Source: Nemertoderma westbladi
Lineage: Eukaryota; Animalia; Xenacoelomorpha
Length of the DNA stretch: 64,000 nt
Assembly: GCA_032718475.1 (NCBI GenBank)
Contig: JAUCBJ010002094.1
Coordinates: 8,367-72,366, forward strand
Direction of reading: 5' to 3'
The position numbers and the translations under genes were made by a program. The stretch's first letter is position 1. The number at the start of each line of letters is the position of its first letter. Under the pieces are notes generated by a model that worked only from the letters and a program-made list of their open reading frames with translations, was not told the origin of the DNA and ran no database searches. This document shows positions 27,501 to 41,300 of this stretch, in pieces.

Positions 27501-30500
27501 TGGGATATAAGTTATAAATAAGAAAATCGATGTGGTTTTTGAAAAAAATCAGAGGATATTTTGATAAATTATTGCAGAAAAACACCAATGATTTTGACAT
27601 GGCTTTAATACTTCATTATGTTCATGAAATAGCTGAGATATTTGAGGTGAATTATTGTATTATGAGTTAACTTCAGCTCTAGTCACTTTGGCAATACGAT
27701 GAAACTATAAAAAATATTCTAGAACACAACAATATTAATAGGGAGATAGGATACTTATCTCTCCACTCAGAAAGCCACAGATAGGGGGTGTTCCAACGCA
27801 ATCAAAATTAATCCATCTCCAGCGGAATGACGAAGCAAATAACAGCTGATTACTGCTATAAATGTAAGTGTTACCTGTTCTTTTGACGTTCATTTAAGAT
27901 TCTCTATCTCGTGGAGTGGGATAGAAGTTATAAATATGAAAATCGATATGGTTTTTGTAAAAAATCAGAGGATATTTTGATAAATTATTGCAGAAAAACA
28001 CCAAGGATTTTGACATGGCTTTAATACTTCATTATGTTCATGAAATAGCTGAGATATTTGAGGTGAATTATTGCATTACATAATAACTTTAGCTCCAGCC
28101 ACTTTAGCAATACGATGAAACTATAATAAATATTCTAGAACACAACAATATTAACAGGGAGATAGGCTACTTATCTCTCCTCTCAGACAGCCACAGATAG
28201 GGGGTGTTCCAACGCAATCAAAATTCATCCATCTCCAGCGGAAAGACGTAGCAAATAACAGCTGATTACTGCTATAAATGTAAGTGTTACCTGTTCTTTT
28301 GACGTTTATTTAAGATTCTCTATCTCGTGGAGTGGGATAGAAGTTATAAATATGAAAATTGATATGGTTTTTGAAAAAAATCAGAGGATATTTTGATAAA
28401 TTATTGCAGAAAAATACCAAGAATTTTGACATGGATTTAATACTTCATTATGTTCATGAAATAGCTGAGATATTTGAGGTGAATTATTGTATTATGAGTC
28501 AACTTCAGCTCTAGTCACTTTGGCAATACGATGAAACTATAAAAAATATTCTAGAACACAACAATATTAATAGGGAGATAGGATACTTATCTCTCCACTC
28601 AGAAAGCCACAGATAGGGGGTGTTCCAACGCAATCAAAATTAATCCATCTCCAGCGGAAAGACGTAGCAAATAACAGCTGATTACTGCTATAAATGTAAG
28701 TGTTACCTGTTCTTTTGACGTTCATTTAAGATTCTCTATCTCGTGGAGTGGGATAGAAGTTATAAATATGAAAATCGATATGGTTTTTGTAAAAAATCAG
28801 AGGATATTTTGATAAATTATTGCAGAAAAACACCAAGGATTTTGACATGGCTTTAATACTTCATTATGTTCATGAAATAGCTGAGATATTTGAGGTGAAT
28901 TATTGCATTACATAATAACTTTAGCTCCAGCCACTTTAGCAATACGATGAAACTATAATAAATATTCTAGAACACAACAATATTAATAGGGAGATAGGCT
29001 ACTTATTTCTCAACTCAGACAGCCACAGATAGGGGGTGTTCTGACACAATCAAAATTCATCCATCTCCAGCGGAAAGACGTTGCAAATAACAGCTGATTA
29101 CTTCTATAAATTTAAGTGTTACCTGTTCTTTTGACTTTCATTTAAGATTCTTTATCTCGTGGAGTGGAATGGGAATTGATATGGTTTTTTAAAAAAATCA
29201 GAGGATATTTTGATAAATTATTGCAGAAAAACACCAATGATTTTGACATGGCTTTAATACTTCATTATATTCATGAAATAGCTGAGATATTTGAGGTGAA
29301 TTATTGTATTATGAGTTAACTTCAGCTCTAGTCACTTTGGCAATACGATGAAACTATAAAAAATATTCTAGAACACAACAATATTAATAGGGAGATAGGA
29401 TACTTATCTCTCCACTCAGAAAGCCACAGATAGGGGGTGTTCCAACGCAATCAAAATTCATCCATCTCCAGCGGAAAGACGTAGCAAATAACAGCTGATT
29501 ACTGCTATAAATGTAAGTGTTACCTGTTCTTTTGACGTTCATTTAAGATTCTCTATCTCGTGGAGTGGGATAGAAGTTATAAATATGAAAATTGATATGG
29601 TTTTTGAAAAAAATCAGAGGATATTTTGATAAATTATTGCAGAAAAATACCAAGGATTTTGACATGGATTTAATACTTCATTATGTTCATAAAAAATAGC
29701 TGAGATATTTGAGGTGAATTATTGTATTATGAGTCAACTTCAGCTCTAGTCACTTTGGCAATACGATGAAACTATAATAAATATTCTAGAACACAACAAT
29801 ATTAACAAGGAGATAGGCTACTTATCTCTCCACTCAGACAGCCATAGATAGGGGGTGTTCCAACGCAATCAAAATTCATCCATCTCCAGCGGAAAGACGT
29901 AGCAAATAACAGCTGATTACTGCTATAAATGTAAGTGTTACCTGTTCTTTTGACGTTCATTTAAGATTCTCTATCTCGTTCGAGTGGGATAGAAGTTATA
30001 AATAAGAAAATCGATGTGGTTTTTGAAAAAAATCAGAGGATATTTTGATAAATTATTGCAGAAAAACACCAATGATTTTGACATGGCTTTAATACTTCAT
30101 TATGTTCATGAAATAGCTGAGATATTTGAGGTGAATTATTGTATTATGAGTTAACTTCAGCTCTAGTCACTTTGGCAATACGATGAAACTATAAAAAATA
30201 TTCTAGAACACAACAATATTAATAGGGAGATAGGATACTTATCTCTCCACTCAGAAAGCCACAGATAGGGGGTGTTCCAACGCAATCAAAATTAATCCAT
30301 CTCCAGCGGAAAGACGTAGCAAATAACAGCTGATTACTGCTATAAATGTAAGTGTTACCTGTTCTTTTGACGTTCATTTAAGATTCTCTATCTCGTGGAG
30401 TGGGATAGAAGTTATAAATATGAAAATCGATATGGTTTTTGTAAAAAATCAGAGGATATTTTGATAAATTATTGCAGAAAAACACCAAGGATTTTGACAT

Positions 30501-33500
30501 GGCTTTAATACTTCATTATGTTCATGAAATAGCTGAGATATTTGAGGTGAATTATTGCATTACATAATAACTTTAGCTCCAGCCACTTTAGCAATACGAT
30601 GAAACTATAATAAATATTCTAGAACACAACAATATTAATAGGGAGATAGGCTACTTATTTCTCAACTCAGACAGCCACAGATAGGGGGTGTTCTGACACA
30701 ATCAAAATTCATCCATCTCCAGCGGAAAGACGTTGCAAATAACAGCTGATTACTTCTATAAATGTAAGTGTTACCTGTTCTTTTGACTTTCATTTAAGAT
30801 TCTTTATCTCGTGGAGTGGAATGGGAATTGATATGGTTTTTTAAAAAAATCAGAGGATATTTTGATAAATTATTGCAGAAAAATACCAAGGATTTTGACA
30901 TGGATTTAATACTTCATTATGTTCATGAAATAGCTGATTTATTTGAGGTGAATTATTGCATTACATAATAACTTTAGCTCCAGCCACTTTAGCAATGCGA
31001 TGAAACTATAATAAATATTCTAGAACACAACAATATTAATAGGGAGATAGGCTACTTATCTCTCAACTCAGACAGCCACAGATAGGGGTGTTCTGACACA
31101 ATCAAAATTCATCCATCTCCACCGGAAAGACGAAGCAAATAACAGCTGATTACTTCTATAAATGTAAGTGTTACCTGTTCTTTTGACTTTCATTTAAGAT
31201 ACTTTATCTCATTGAGTGGGATAGAAGTTATAAATATGAAAATTGATATGGTTTTTGAAAAAAATCAGAGGATATTTTGATAAATTATTGCAGAAAAATA
31301 CCAAGGAATTTGACATGGATTTAATACTTCATTATGTTCATGAAATAGCTGAGATATTTGAGGTGAATTATTGTATTATGAGTCAACTTCAGCTCTAGTC
31401 ACTTTGGCAATACGATGAAACTATAATAAATATTCTAGAACACAACAATATTAACAGGGAGATAGGCTACTTATCTCTCCACTCAGACAGCCATAGATAG
31501 GGGGTGTTCCAACGCAATCAAAATTCATCCATCTCCAGCGGAAAGACGTAGCAAATAACAGCTGATTACTGCTATAAATGTAAGTGTTACCTGTTCTTTT
31601 GACGTTCATTTAAGATTCTCTATCTCGTGGAGTGGGATAGAAGTTATAAATAAGAAAATCGATGTGGTTTTTGAAAAAAATCAGAGGATATTTTGATAAA
31701 TTATTGCAGAAAAACACCAATGATTTTGACATGGCTTTAATACTTCATTATGTTCATGAAATAGCTGAGATATTTGAGGTGAATTATTGTATTATGAGTT
31801 AACTTCAGCTCTAGTCACTTTGGCAATACGATGAAACTATAAAAAATATTCTAGAACACAACAATATTAATAGGGAGATATGATACTTATCTCTCCACTC
31901 AGAAAGCCACAGATAGGGGGTGTTCCAACGCAATCAAAATTAATCCATCTCCAGCGGAAAGACGTAGCAAATAACAGCTGATTACTGCTATAAATGTAAG
32001 TGTTACCTGTTCTTTTGACGTTCATTTAAGATTCTCTATCTCGTGGAGTGGGATAGAAGTTATAAATATGAAAATCGATATGGTTTTTGTAAAAAATCAG
32101 AGGATATTTTGATAAATTATTGCAGAAAAACACCAAGGATTTTGACATGGCTTTAATACTTCATTATGTTCATGAAATAGCTGAGATATTTGAGGTGAAT
32201 TATTGCATTACATAATAACTTTAGCTCCAGCCACTTTAGCAATACGATGAAACTATAATAAATATTCTAGAACACAACAATATTAATAGGGAGATAGGCT
32301 ACTTATTTCTCAACTCAGACAGCCACAGATAGGGGGTGTTCTGACACAATCAAAATTCATCCATCTCCAGCGGAAAGACGTTGCAAATAACAGCTGATTC
32401 CTTCTATAAATGTAAGTGTTACCTGTTCTTTTGACTTTCATTTAAGATTCTTTATCTCGTGGAGTGGAATGGGAATTTACATGGTTTTTTAAAAAAATCA
32501 GAGGATATTTTGATAAATTATTGCAGAAAAACACCAATGATTTTGACATGGCTTTAATACTTCATTATGTTCATGAAATAGCTGAGATATTTGAGGTGAA
32601 TTATTGTATTATGAGTTAACTTCAGCTCTAGTCACTTTGGCAATACGATGAAACTATAATAAATATCCTAGAACACAACAATATTAACAGGGAGATAGGA
32701 TACTTATCTCTCCACTCAGACAGCCATAGATAGGGGGTGTTCCAACGCAATCAAAATTCATCCATCTCCAGCGGAAAGACGTAGCAAATAACAGCTGATT
32801 ACTGCTATAAATGTAAGTGTTACCTGTTCTTTTGACGTTCATTTAAGATTCTCTATCTCGTGGAGTGGGATAGAAGTTATAAATAAGAAAATCGATGTGG
32901 TTTTTAAAAAAAATCAGAGGATATTTTGATAAATTATTGCAGAAAAACACCAATGATTTTGACATGGCTTTAATACTTCATTATGTTCATGAAATAGCTG
33001 AGATATTTGAGGTGAATTATTGTATTATGAGTTAACTTCAGCTCTAGTCACTTTGGCAATACGATGAAACTATAAAAAATATTCTAGAACACAACAATAT
33101 TAATAGGGAGATAGGATACTTATCTCTCCACTCAGAAAGCCACAGATAGGGGGTGTTCCAACGCAATCAAAATTAATCCATCTCCAGCGGAATGACGAAG
33201 CAAATAACAGCTGATTACTGCTATAAATGTAAGTGTTACCTGTTCTTTTGACATTCATTTAAGATTCTCTATCTCGTGGAGTGGGATAGAAGTTATAAAT
33301 ATGAAAATCGATATGGTTTTTGTAAAAAATCAGAGGATATTTTGATAAATTATTGCAGAAAAACACCAAGGATTTTGACATGGCTTTAATACTTCATTAT
33401 GTTCATGAAATAGCTGAGATATTTGAGGAGAATTATTGCATTACATAATAACTTTAGCTCCAGCCACTTTAGCAATACGATGAAACTATAATAAATATTC

Positions 33501-36500
33501 TAGAACACAACAATATTAACAGGGAGATAGGCTACTTATCTCTCCTCTCAGACAGCCACAGATAGGGGGTGTTCCAACGCAATCAAAATTCATCCATCTC
33601 CAGCGGAAAGACGTAGCAAATAACAGCTGATTACTGCTATAAATGTAAGTGTTACCTGTTCTTTTGACGTTCATTTAAGATTCTCTATCTCGTTGAGTGG
33701 GATAGAAGTTATAAATATGAAAATTGATATGGTTTTTGAAAAAAATCAGAGGATATTTTGATAAATTATTGCAGAAAAATACCAAGGATTTTGACATGGA
33801 TTTAATACTTCATTATGTTCATGAAATAGCTGAGATATTTGAGGTGAATTATTGTATTATGAGTCAACTTCAGCTCTAGTCACTTTGGCAATACGATGAA
33901 ACTATAATAAATATTCTAGAACACAACAATATTAACAGGGAGATAGGCTACTTATCTCTCCACTCAGACAGCCATAGATAGGGGGTGTTCCAACGCAATC
34001 AAAATTCATCCATCTCCAGCGGAAAGACGTAGCAAATAACAGCTGATTACTGCTATAAATGTAAGTGTTACCTGTTCTTTTGACAAGACAAAAAATACCA
34101 AGGATTTTGACATGGATTTAATACTTCATTATGTTCATGAAATAGCTGAGATATTTGAGGTGAATTATTGTATTATGAGTCAACTTTAGCTCTAGTCACT
34201 TTGGCAATACGATGAAACTATAATAAATATTCTAGAATACAACAATATTAACAGGGAGATAGGCTACTTATCTCTCCACTCAGACAGCCATAGATAGGGG
34301 GTGTTCCAACGCAATCAAAATTCATCCATCTCCAGCGGAAAGACGTAGCAAATAACAGCTGATTACTGCTATAAATGTAAGTGTTACCTGTTCTTTTGAC
34401 GTTCATTTAAGATTCTCTATCTCGTGGAGTGGGATAGAAGTTATAAATAAGAAAATCGATGTGGTTTTTGAAAAAAATCAGAGGATATTTTGATAAATTA
34501 TTGCAGAAAAACACCAATGATTTTGACATGGCTTTAATACTTCATTATGTTCATGAAATAGCTGAGATATTTGAGGTGAATTATTGTATTATGAGTTAAC
34601 TTCAGCTCTAGTCACTTTGGCAATACGATGAAACTATAAAAAATATTCTAGAACACAACAATATTAATAGGGAGATAGGATACTTATCTCTCCACTCAGA
34701 AAGCCACAGATAGGGGATGTTCCAACGCAATCAAAATTAATCCATCTCCAGCGGAAAGACGTAGCAAATAACAGCTGATTACTGCTATAAATGTAAGTGT
34801 TACCTGTTCTTTTGACGTTCATTTAAGATTCTCTATCTCGTGGAGTGGGATAGAAGTTATAAATATGAAAATCGATATGGTTTTTGTAAAAAATCAGAGG
34901 ATATTTTGATAAATTATTGCAGAAAAACACCAAGGATTTTGACATGGCTTTAATACTTCATTATGTTCATGAAATAGCTGAGATATTTGAGGTGAATTAT
35001 TGCATTACATAATAACTTTAGCTCCAGCCACTTTAGCAATACGATGAAACTATAATAAATATTCTAGAACACAACAATATTAATAGGGAGATAGGCTACT
35101 TATTTCTCAACTCAGACAGCCACAGATAGGGGGTGTTCTGACACAATCAAAATTCATCCATCTCCAGCGGAAACACGTAGCAAATAACAGCTGATTACTG
35201 CTATAAATGTAAGTGTTACCTGTTCTTTTGACGTTCATTTAAGATTCTCTATCTCGTGGAGTGGGATAGAAGTTATAAATATGAAAATCGATATGGTTTT
35301 TGTAAAAAATCAGAGGATATTTTGATAAATTATTGCAGAAAAACACCAAGGATTTTGACATGGCTTTAATACTTCATTATGTTCATGAAATAGCTGAGAT
35401 ATTTGAGGAGAATTATTGCATTACATAATAACTTTAGCTCCAGCCACTTTAGCAATACGATGAAACTATAATAAATATTCTAGAACACAACAATATTAAC
35501 AGGGAGATAGGCTACTTATCTCTCCTCTCAGACAGCCACAGATAGGGGGTGTTCCAACGCAATCAAAATTCATCCATCTCCAGCGGAAAGACGTAGCAAA
35601 TAACAGCTGATTACTGCTATAAATGTAAGTGTTACCTGTTCTTTTGACGTTCATTTAAGATTCTCTATCTCGTGGATTGGGATAGAAGTTATAAATATGA
35701 AAATTGATATGGTTTTTGAAAAAAATCAGAGGATATTTTGATAAATTATTGCAGAAAAATACCAAGGATTTTGACATGGATTTAATACTTCATTATGTTC
35801 ATGAAATAGCTGAGATATTTGAGGTGAATTATTGTATTATGAGTCAACTTCAGCTCTAGTCACTTTGGCAATACGATGAAACTATAATAAATATTCTAGA
35901 ACACAACAATATTAACAGGGAGATAGGCTACTTATCTCTCCACTCAGACAGCCATAGATAGGGGGTGTTCCAACGCAATCAAAATTCATCCATCTCCAGC
36001 GGAAAGACGTAGCAAATAACAGCTGATTACTGCTATAAATGTAAGTGTTACCTGTTCTTTTGACAAGAAAAAAAATACCAAGGATTTTGACATGGATTTA
36101 ATACTTCATTATGTTCATGAAATAGCTGAGATATTTGAGGTGAATTATTGTATTATGAGTCAACTTCAGCTCTAGTCACTTTGGCAATACGATGAAACTA
36201 TAATAAATATTCTAGAACACAACAATATTAACAGGGAGATAGGCTACTTATCTCTCCACTCAGACAGCCATATATAGGGGGTGTTCCAACGCAATCAAAA
36301 TTCATCCATCTCCAGCGGAAAGACGTAGCAAATAACAGCTGATTACTGCTATAAATGTAAGTGTTACCTGTTCTTTTGACGTTTATTTAAGATTCTCTAT
36401 CTCGTGGAGTGGGATAGAAGTTATAAATATGAAAATCGATATGGTTTTTGTAAAAAATCAGAGGATATTTTGATAAATTATTGCAGAAAAACACCAAGGA

Positions 36501-36806
36501 TTTTGACATGGCTTTAATACTTCATTATGTTCATGAAATAGCTGAGATATTTGAGGTGAATTATTGCATTACATAATAACTTTAGCTCCAGCCACTTTAG
36601 CAATACGATGAAACTATAATAAATATTCTAGAACACAACAATATTAATAGGGAGATAGGCTACTTATTTCTCAACTCAGACAGCCACAGATAGGGGGTGT
36701 TCTGACACAATCAAAATTCATCCATCTCCAGCGGAAAGACGTAGCAAATAACAGCTGATTACTGCTATAAATGTAAGTGTTACCTGTTCTTTTGACGTTC
36801 ATTTAA
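18587..36806 (-). repeat. ~416-bp satellite, reverse orientation (~44 copies, with 401-bp and 316-bp deletion monomers)
   Basis: Continuous monomers in register with the previous segment. Measured spacings are 416, 401 (21473 to 21874) and 316 (33841 to 34157). Confidence 0.98.
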
Positions 36807-38369
36807 CCCTATTAAACCCGGGGGGGGGGGGGGGGGTCAATATGACCCCCCCGTGGTTTTTTTATTATAATTCTGAAACAAACGCAGTTGGGTATCTGAA
36901 ATTTTATGACTTTTCCTAAAAATCTATTGTCTTCATGGTAGTGAAAACCGTTTTCAAAAATATTGGGTACTTTTCGAGTTATAGCACCATTTTTTAACCC
37001 TACTTTTGGCACTTTTTTTGAGACGTTTTTTGAAAATTACATTTCATTAAATATGAATTGTAACATCTCTATTTTTGATTTACACCGGTTTTTTGGTGTT
37101 AGAAATTGGATGGAATTCATATAAATTTATTTAGAAATTTCAAACTTGTTTTTTTCGATGGGTGCCAAATTTTGGTGCCAGCACCAAACTTTGAAATAAG
37201 TCAATTTTGTAAATTGATTGTTTGAAACTTGTTTTTACGCAATTGGGGTTTTTTGGGGTTCTGGATTCGATGAAATATATATGAGTTGCACCAAGCGTAT
37301 CAAACTTGTATTTTTCGGTGCTGTGTGCAAATTTTGGTGCTAGCACGAAATTTTGAAAATCCATTCAATATATAAAATTGCTTGTGACAATTTATTTCTT
37401 GCGTTTTAGAGGTTTATGGCTGTTCTGAATTCAATGGAAAATATAATTATCGAACTAGACATCTCAAACTTGTATTTTTCGGAAGTGGGTGCAAAATGTG
37501 GTGCTAGCACCAAATTTTGAAAACCATCAAATATATCAATTGATTGTGTCACCTTGTTTCTTGCGTTATACGGGTTTGTGATGGTTCTGAATTCAATGGA
37601 ATCAGTAAAAATTTCATAAGAGTTCTCAAACTTGTATTTTTCGCCGGTGGGTGAAAATTGTTGTGCCAGCACCAAATTTTGGAAAATATGCAAATTGATA
37701 AGAAGATAGTATCACCTTGATTCTTGCGTCATACGGGTTTACGAGGGTCCTGAATCCGATGGAATCAATAAAAACAGCACTGGACATCGCAAACTTGTAC
37801 TTTTTGGTGATGGGTACGAAATTTGGTGCTAGCACCAAAATTTGCCAAATTACGCCGAAAAATACAGGTAGCAATGATCTGGTATATTAGAAATGTATTC
37901 CATTAGAATCAGCGCCGAATCTAAAACCTGAAAATGTGAATTTATAGCATCGTATAAGTGAATTACAAATTTTGTGTTCTAAGTGAAAAGTGCTGGTTAC
38001 TTGTTTTTTTCATTTTTTTCCTACGCAGAGAGGACTAAACAGCCATTTATAGTAATCATATCATTTTTAAATATTTTCCAATGTATTTTGCACCCCAAAA
38101 AACCTGTATTAAAAATAATTAGCCGAAAATGTAACTTTCAAATTTTGTGAAAATTGTGCACTACTTTTAATTTTGGTGCTGCAATATAACCACCCCAGTA
38201 CATTTTTTCGAAAATTTTTTTTTTCGGTCGGATCCAGACAAGTGATACCTACGTACAAACAAAAAAATCAGACGTTTTCGTAAATATTTGTAGATTTTAG
38301 AGGGGGGGGTCAATATGACCCCCCCCCCCCGGTATTTGTACAACATTTTATAGCCCGGTACTAATAGGG
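36807..38369. mobile_element. piggyBac-like non-autonomous element (MITE), 1563 bp
   Basis: Perfect TTAA duplication (36803-36806, 38370-38373). TIR CCCTATTAaacCCGGG / CCCGGtacTAATAGGG. Subterminal hairpin GGGGGTCA-ATA-TGACCCCC near both ends. No credible ORF. Confidence 0.9.
37141..37850. repeat. ~162-bp diverged tandem repeat (~4.5 copies) inside the MITE
   Basis: CAAACTTGT anchors at 37141, 37301, 37465, 37627 and 37790. Each unit has the palindrome-like TTTGGTGC(T/C)AGCACCAAA. Confidence 0.88.
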
Positions 38370-41300
38370 TTAAGATTCTCTATCTCGTGGAGTGGGATAG
38401 AAGTTATAAATATGAAAATCGATATGGTTTTTGTAAAAAATCAGAGGATATTTTGATAAATTATTGCAGAAAAACACCAAGGATTTTGACATGGCTTTAA
38501 TACTTCATTATGTTCATGAAATAGCTGAGATATTTGAGGAGAATTATTGCATTACATAATAACTTTAGCTCCAGCCACTTTAGCAATACGATGAAACTAT
38601 AATAAATATTCTAGAACACAACAATATTAACAGGGAGATAGGCTACTTATCTCTCCTCTCAGACAGCCACAGATAGGGGGTGTTCCAACGCAATCAAAAT
38701 TCATCCATCTCCAGCGGAAAGATGTAGCAAATAACAGCTGATTACTGCTATAAATGTAAGTGTTACCTGTTCTTTTGACGTTCATTTAAGATTCTCTATC
38801 TCGTGGAGTGGGATAGAAGTTATAAATATGAAAATTGATATGGTTTTTGAAAAAAATCAGAGGATATTTTGATAAATTATTGCAGAAAAATACCAAGGAT
38901 TTTGACATGGATTTAATACTTCATTATGTTCATGAAATAGCTGAGATATTTGAGGTGAATTATTGTATTATGAGTCAACTTCAGCTCTAGTCACTTTGGC
39001 AATACGATGAAACTATAATAAATATTCTAGAACACAACAATATTAACAGGGAGATAGGCTACTTATCTCTCCACTCAGACAGCCATAGATAGGGGGTGTT
39101 CCAATGCAATCAAAATTCATCCATCTCCAGCGGAAAGACGTAGCAAATAACAGCTGATTACTGCTATAAATGTAAGTGTTACCTGTTCTTTTGACGTTCA
39201 TTTAAGATTATCTATCTCGTGGAGTGGGATAGAAGTTATAAATATGAAAATCGATATGGTTTTTGTAAAAAATCAGAGGATATTTTGATAAATTATTGCA
39301 GAAAAACACCAAGGATTTTGACATGGCTTTAATACTTCATTATGTTCATGAAATAGCTGAGATATTTGAGGTGAATTATTGCATTACATAATAACTTTAG
39401 CTCCAGCCACTTTAGCAATACGATGAAACTATAATAAATATTCTAGAACACAACAATATTAATAGGGAGATAGGCTACTTATTTCTCAACTCAGACAGCC
39501 ACAGATAGGGGGTGTTCTGACACAATCAAAATTCATCAATCTCCAGCGGAAAGACGTAGCAAATAACAGCTGATTACTGCTATAAATGTAAGTGTTACCT
39601 ATTCTTTTGACGTTCATTTAAGATTCTCTATCTCGTGGAGTGGGATAGAAGTTATAAATATGAAAATCGATATGGTTTTTGTAAAAAATCAGAGGATATT
39701 TTGATAAATTATTGCAGAAAAACACCAAGGATTTTGACATGGCTTTAATACTTCATTATGTTCATGAAATAGCTGAGATATTTGAGGAGAATTATTGCAT
39801 TACATAATAACTTTAGCTCCAGCCACTTTAGCAATACGATGAAACTATAATAAATATTCTAGAACACAACAATATTAACAGGGAGATAGGCTACTTATCT
39901 CTCCTCTCAGACAGCCACAGATAGGGGGTGTTCCAACGCAATCAAAATTCATCCATCTCCAGCGGAAAGACGTAGCAAATAACAGCTGATTACTGCTATA
40001 AATGTAAGTGTTACCTGTTCTTTTGACAAGACAAAAAATACCAAGGATTTTGACATGGATTTAATACTTCATTATGTTCATGAAATAGCTGAGATATTTG
40101 AGGTGAATTATTGTATTATGAGTCAACTTCAGCTCTAGTCACTTTGGCAATACGATGAAACTATAATAAATATTCTAGAACACAACAATATTAACAGGGA
40201 GATAGGCTACTTATCTCTCCACTCAGACAGCCATATATAGGGGGTGTTCCAACGCAATCAAAATTCATCCATCTCCAGCGGAAAGACGTAGCAAATAACA
40301 GCTGATTACTGCTATAAATGTAAGTGTTACCTGTTCTTTTGACGTTCATTTAAGATTCTCTATCTCGTGGAGTGGGATAGAAGTTATAAATATGAAAATC
40401 GATATGGTTTTTGTAAAAAATCGGAGGATATTTTGATAAATTATTGCAGAAAAACACCAAGGATTTTGACATGGCTTTAATACTTCATTATGTTCATGAA
40501 ATAGCTGAGATATTTGAGGTGAATTATTGCATTACATAATAACTTTAGCTCCAGCCACTTTAGCAATACGATGAAACTATAATAAATATTCTAGAACACA
40601 ACAATATTAATAGGGAGATAGGCTACTTATTTCTCAACTCAGACAGCCACAGATAGGGGGTGTTCTGACACAATCAAAATTCATCCATCTCCAGCGGAAA
40701 GACGTAGCAAATAACAGCTGATTACTGCTATAAATGTAAGTGTTACCTGTTCTTTTGACGTTCATTTAAGATTCTCTATCTCGTGGAGTGGGATAGAAGT
40801 TATAAATATGAAAATCGATATGGTTTTTGTAAAAAATCAGAGGATATTTTGATAAATTATTGCAGAAAAACACCAAGGATTTTGACATGGCTTTAATACT
40901 TCATTATGTTCATGAAATAGCTGAGATATTTGAGGAGAATTATTGCATTACATAATAACTTTAGCTCCTGCCACTTTAGCAATACGATGAAACTATAATA
41001 AATATTCTAGAACACAACAATATTAACAGGGAGATAGGCTACTTATCTCTCCTCTCAGACAGCCACAGATAGGGGGTGTTCCAACGCAATCAAAATTCAT
41101 CCATCTCCAGCGGAAAGACGTAGCAAATAACAGCTGATTACTGCTATAAATGTAAGTGTTACCTGTTCTTTTGACGTTCATTTAAGATTCTCTATCTCGT
41201 GGAGTGGGATAGAAGTTATAAATATGAAAATTGATATGGTTTTTGAAAAAAATCAGAGGATATTTTGATAAATTATTTTCAGAAAAATACCAAGGATTTT

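Noticed and set aside
36812-37874. Short minus-strand ORFs in the MITE
   Set aside because: They derive from the 162-bp repeats and show no piggyBac DDD transposase features.
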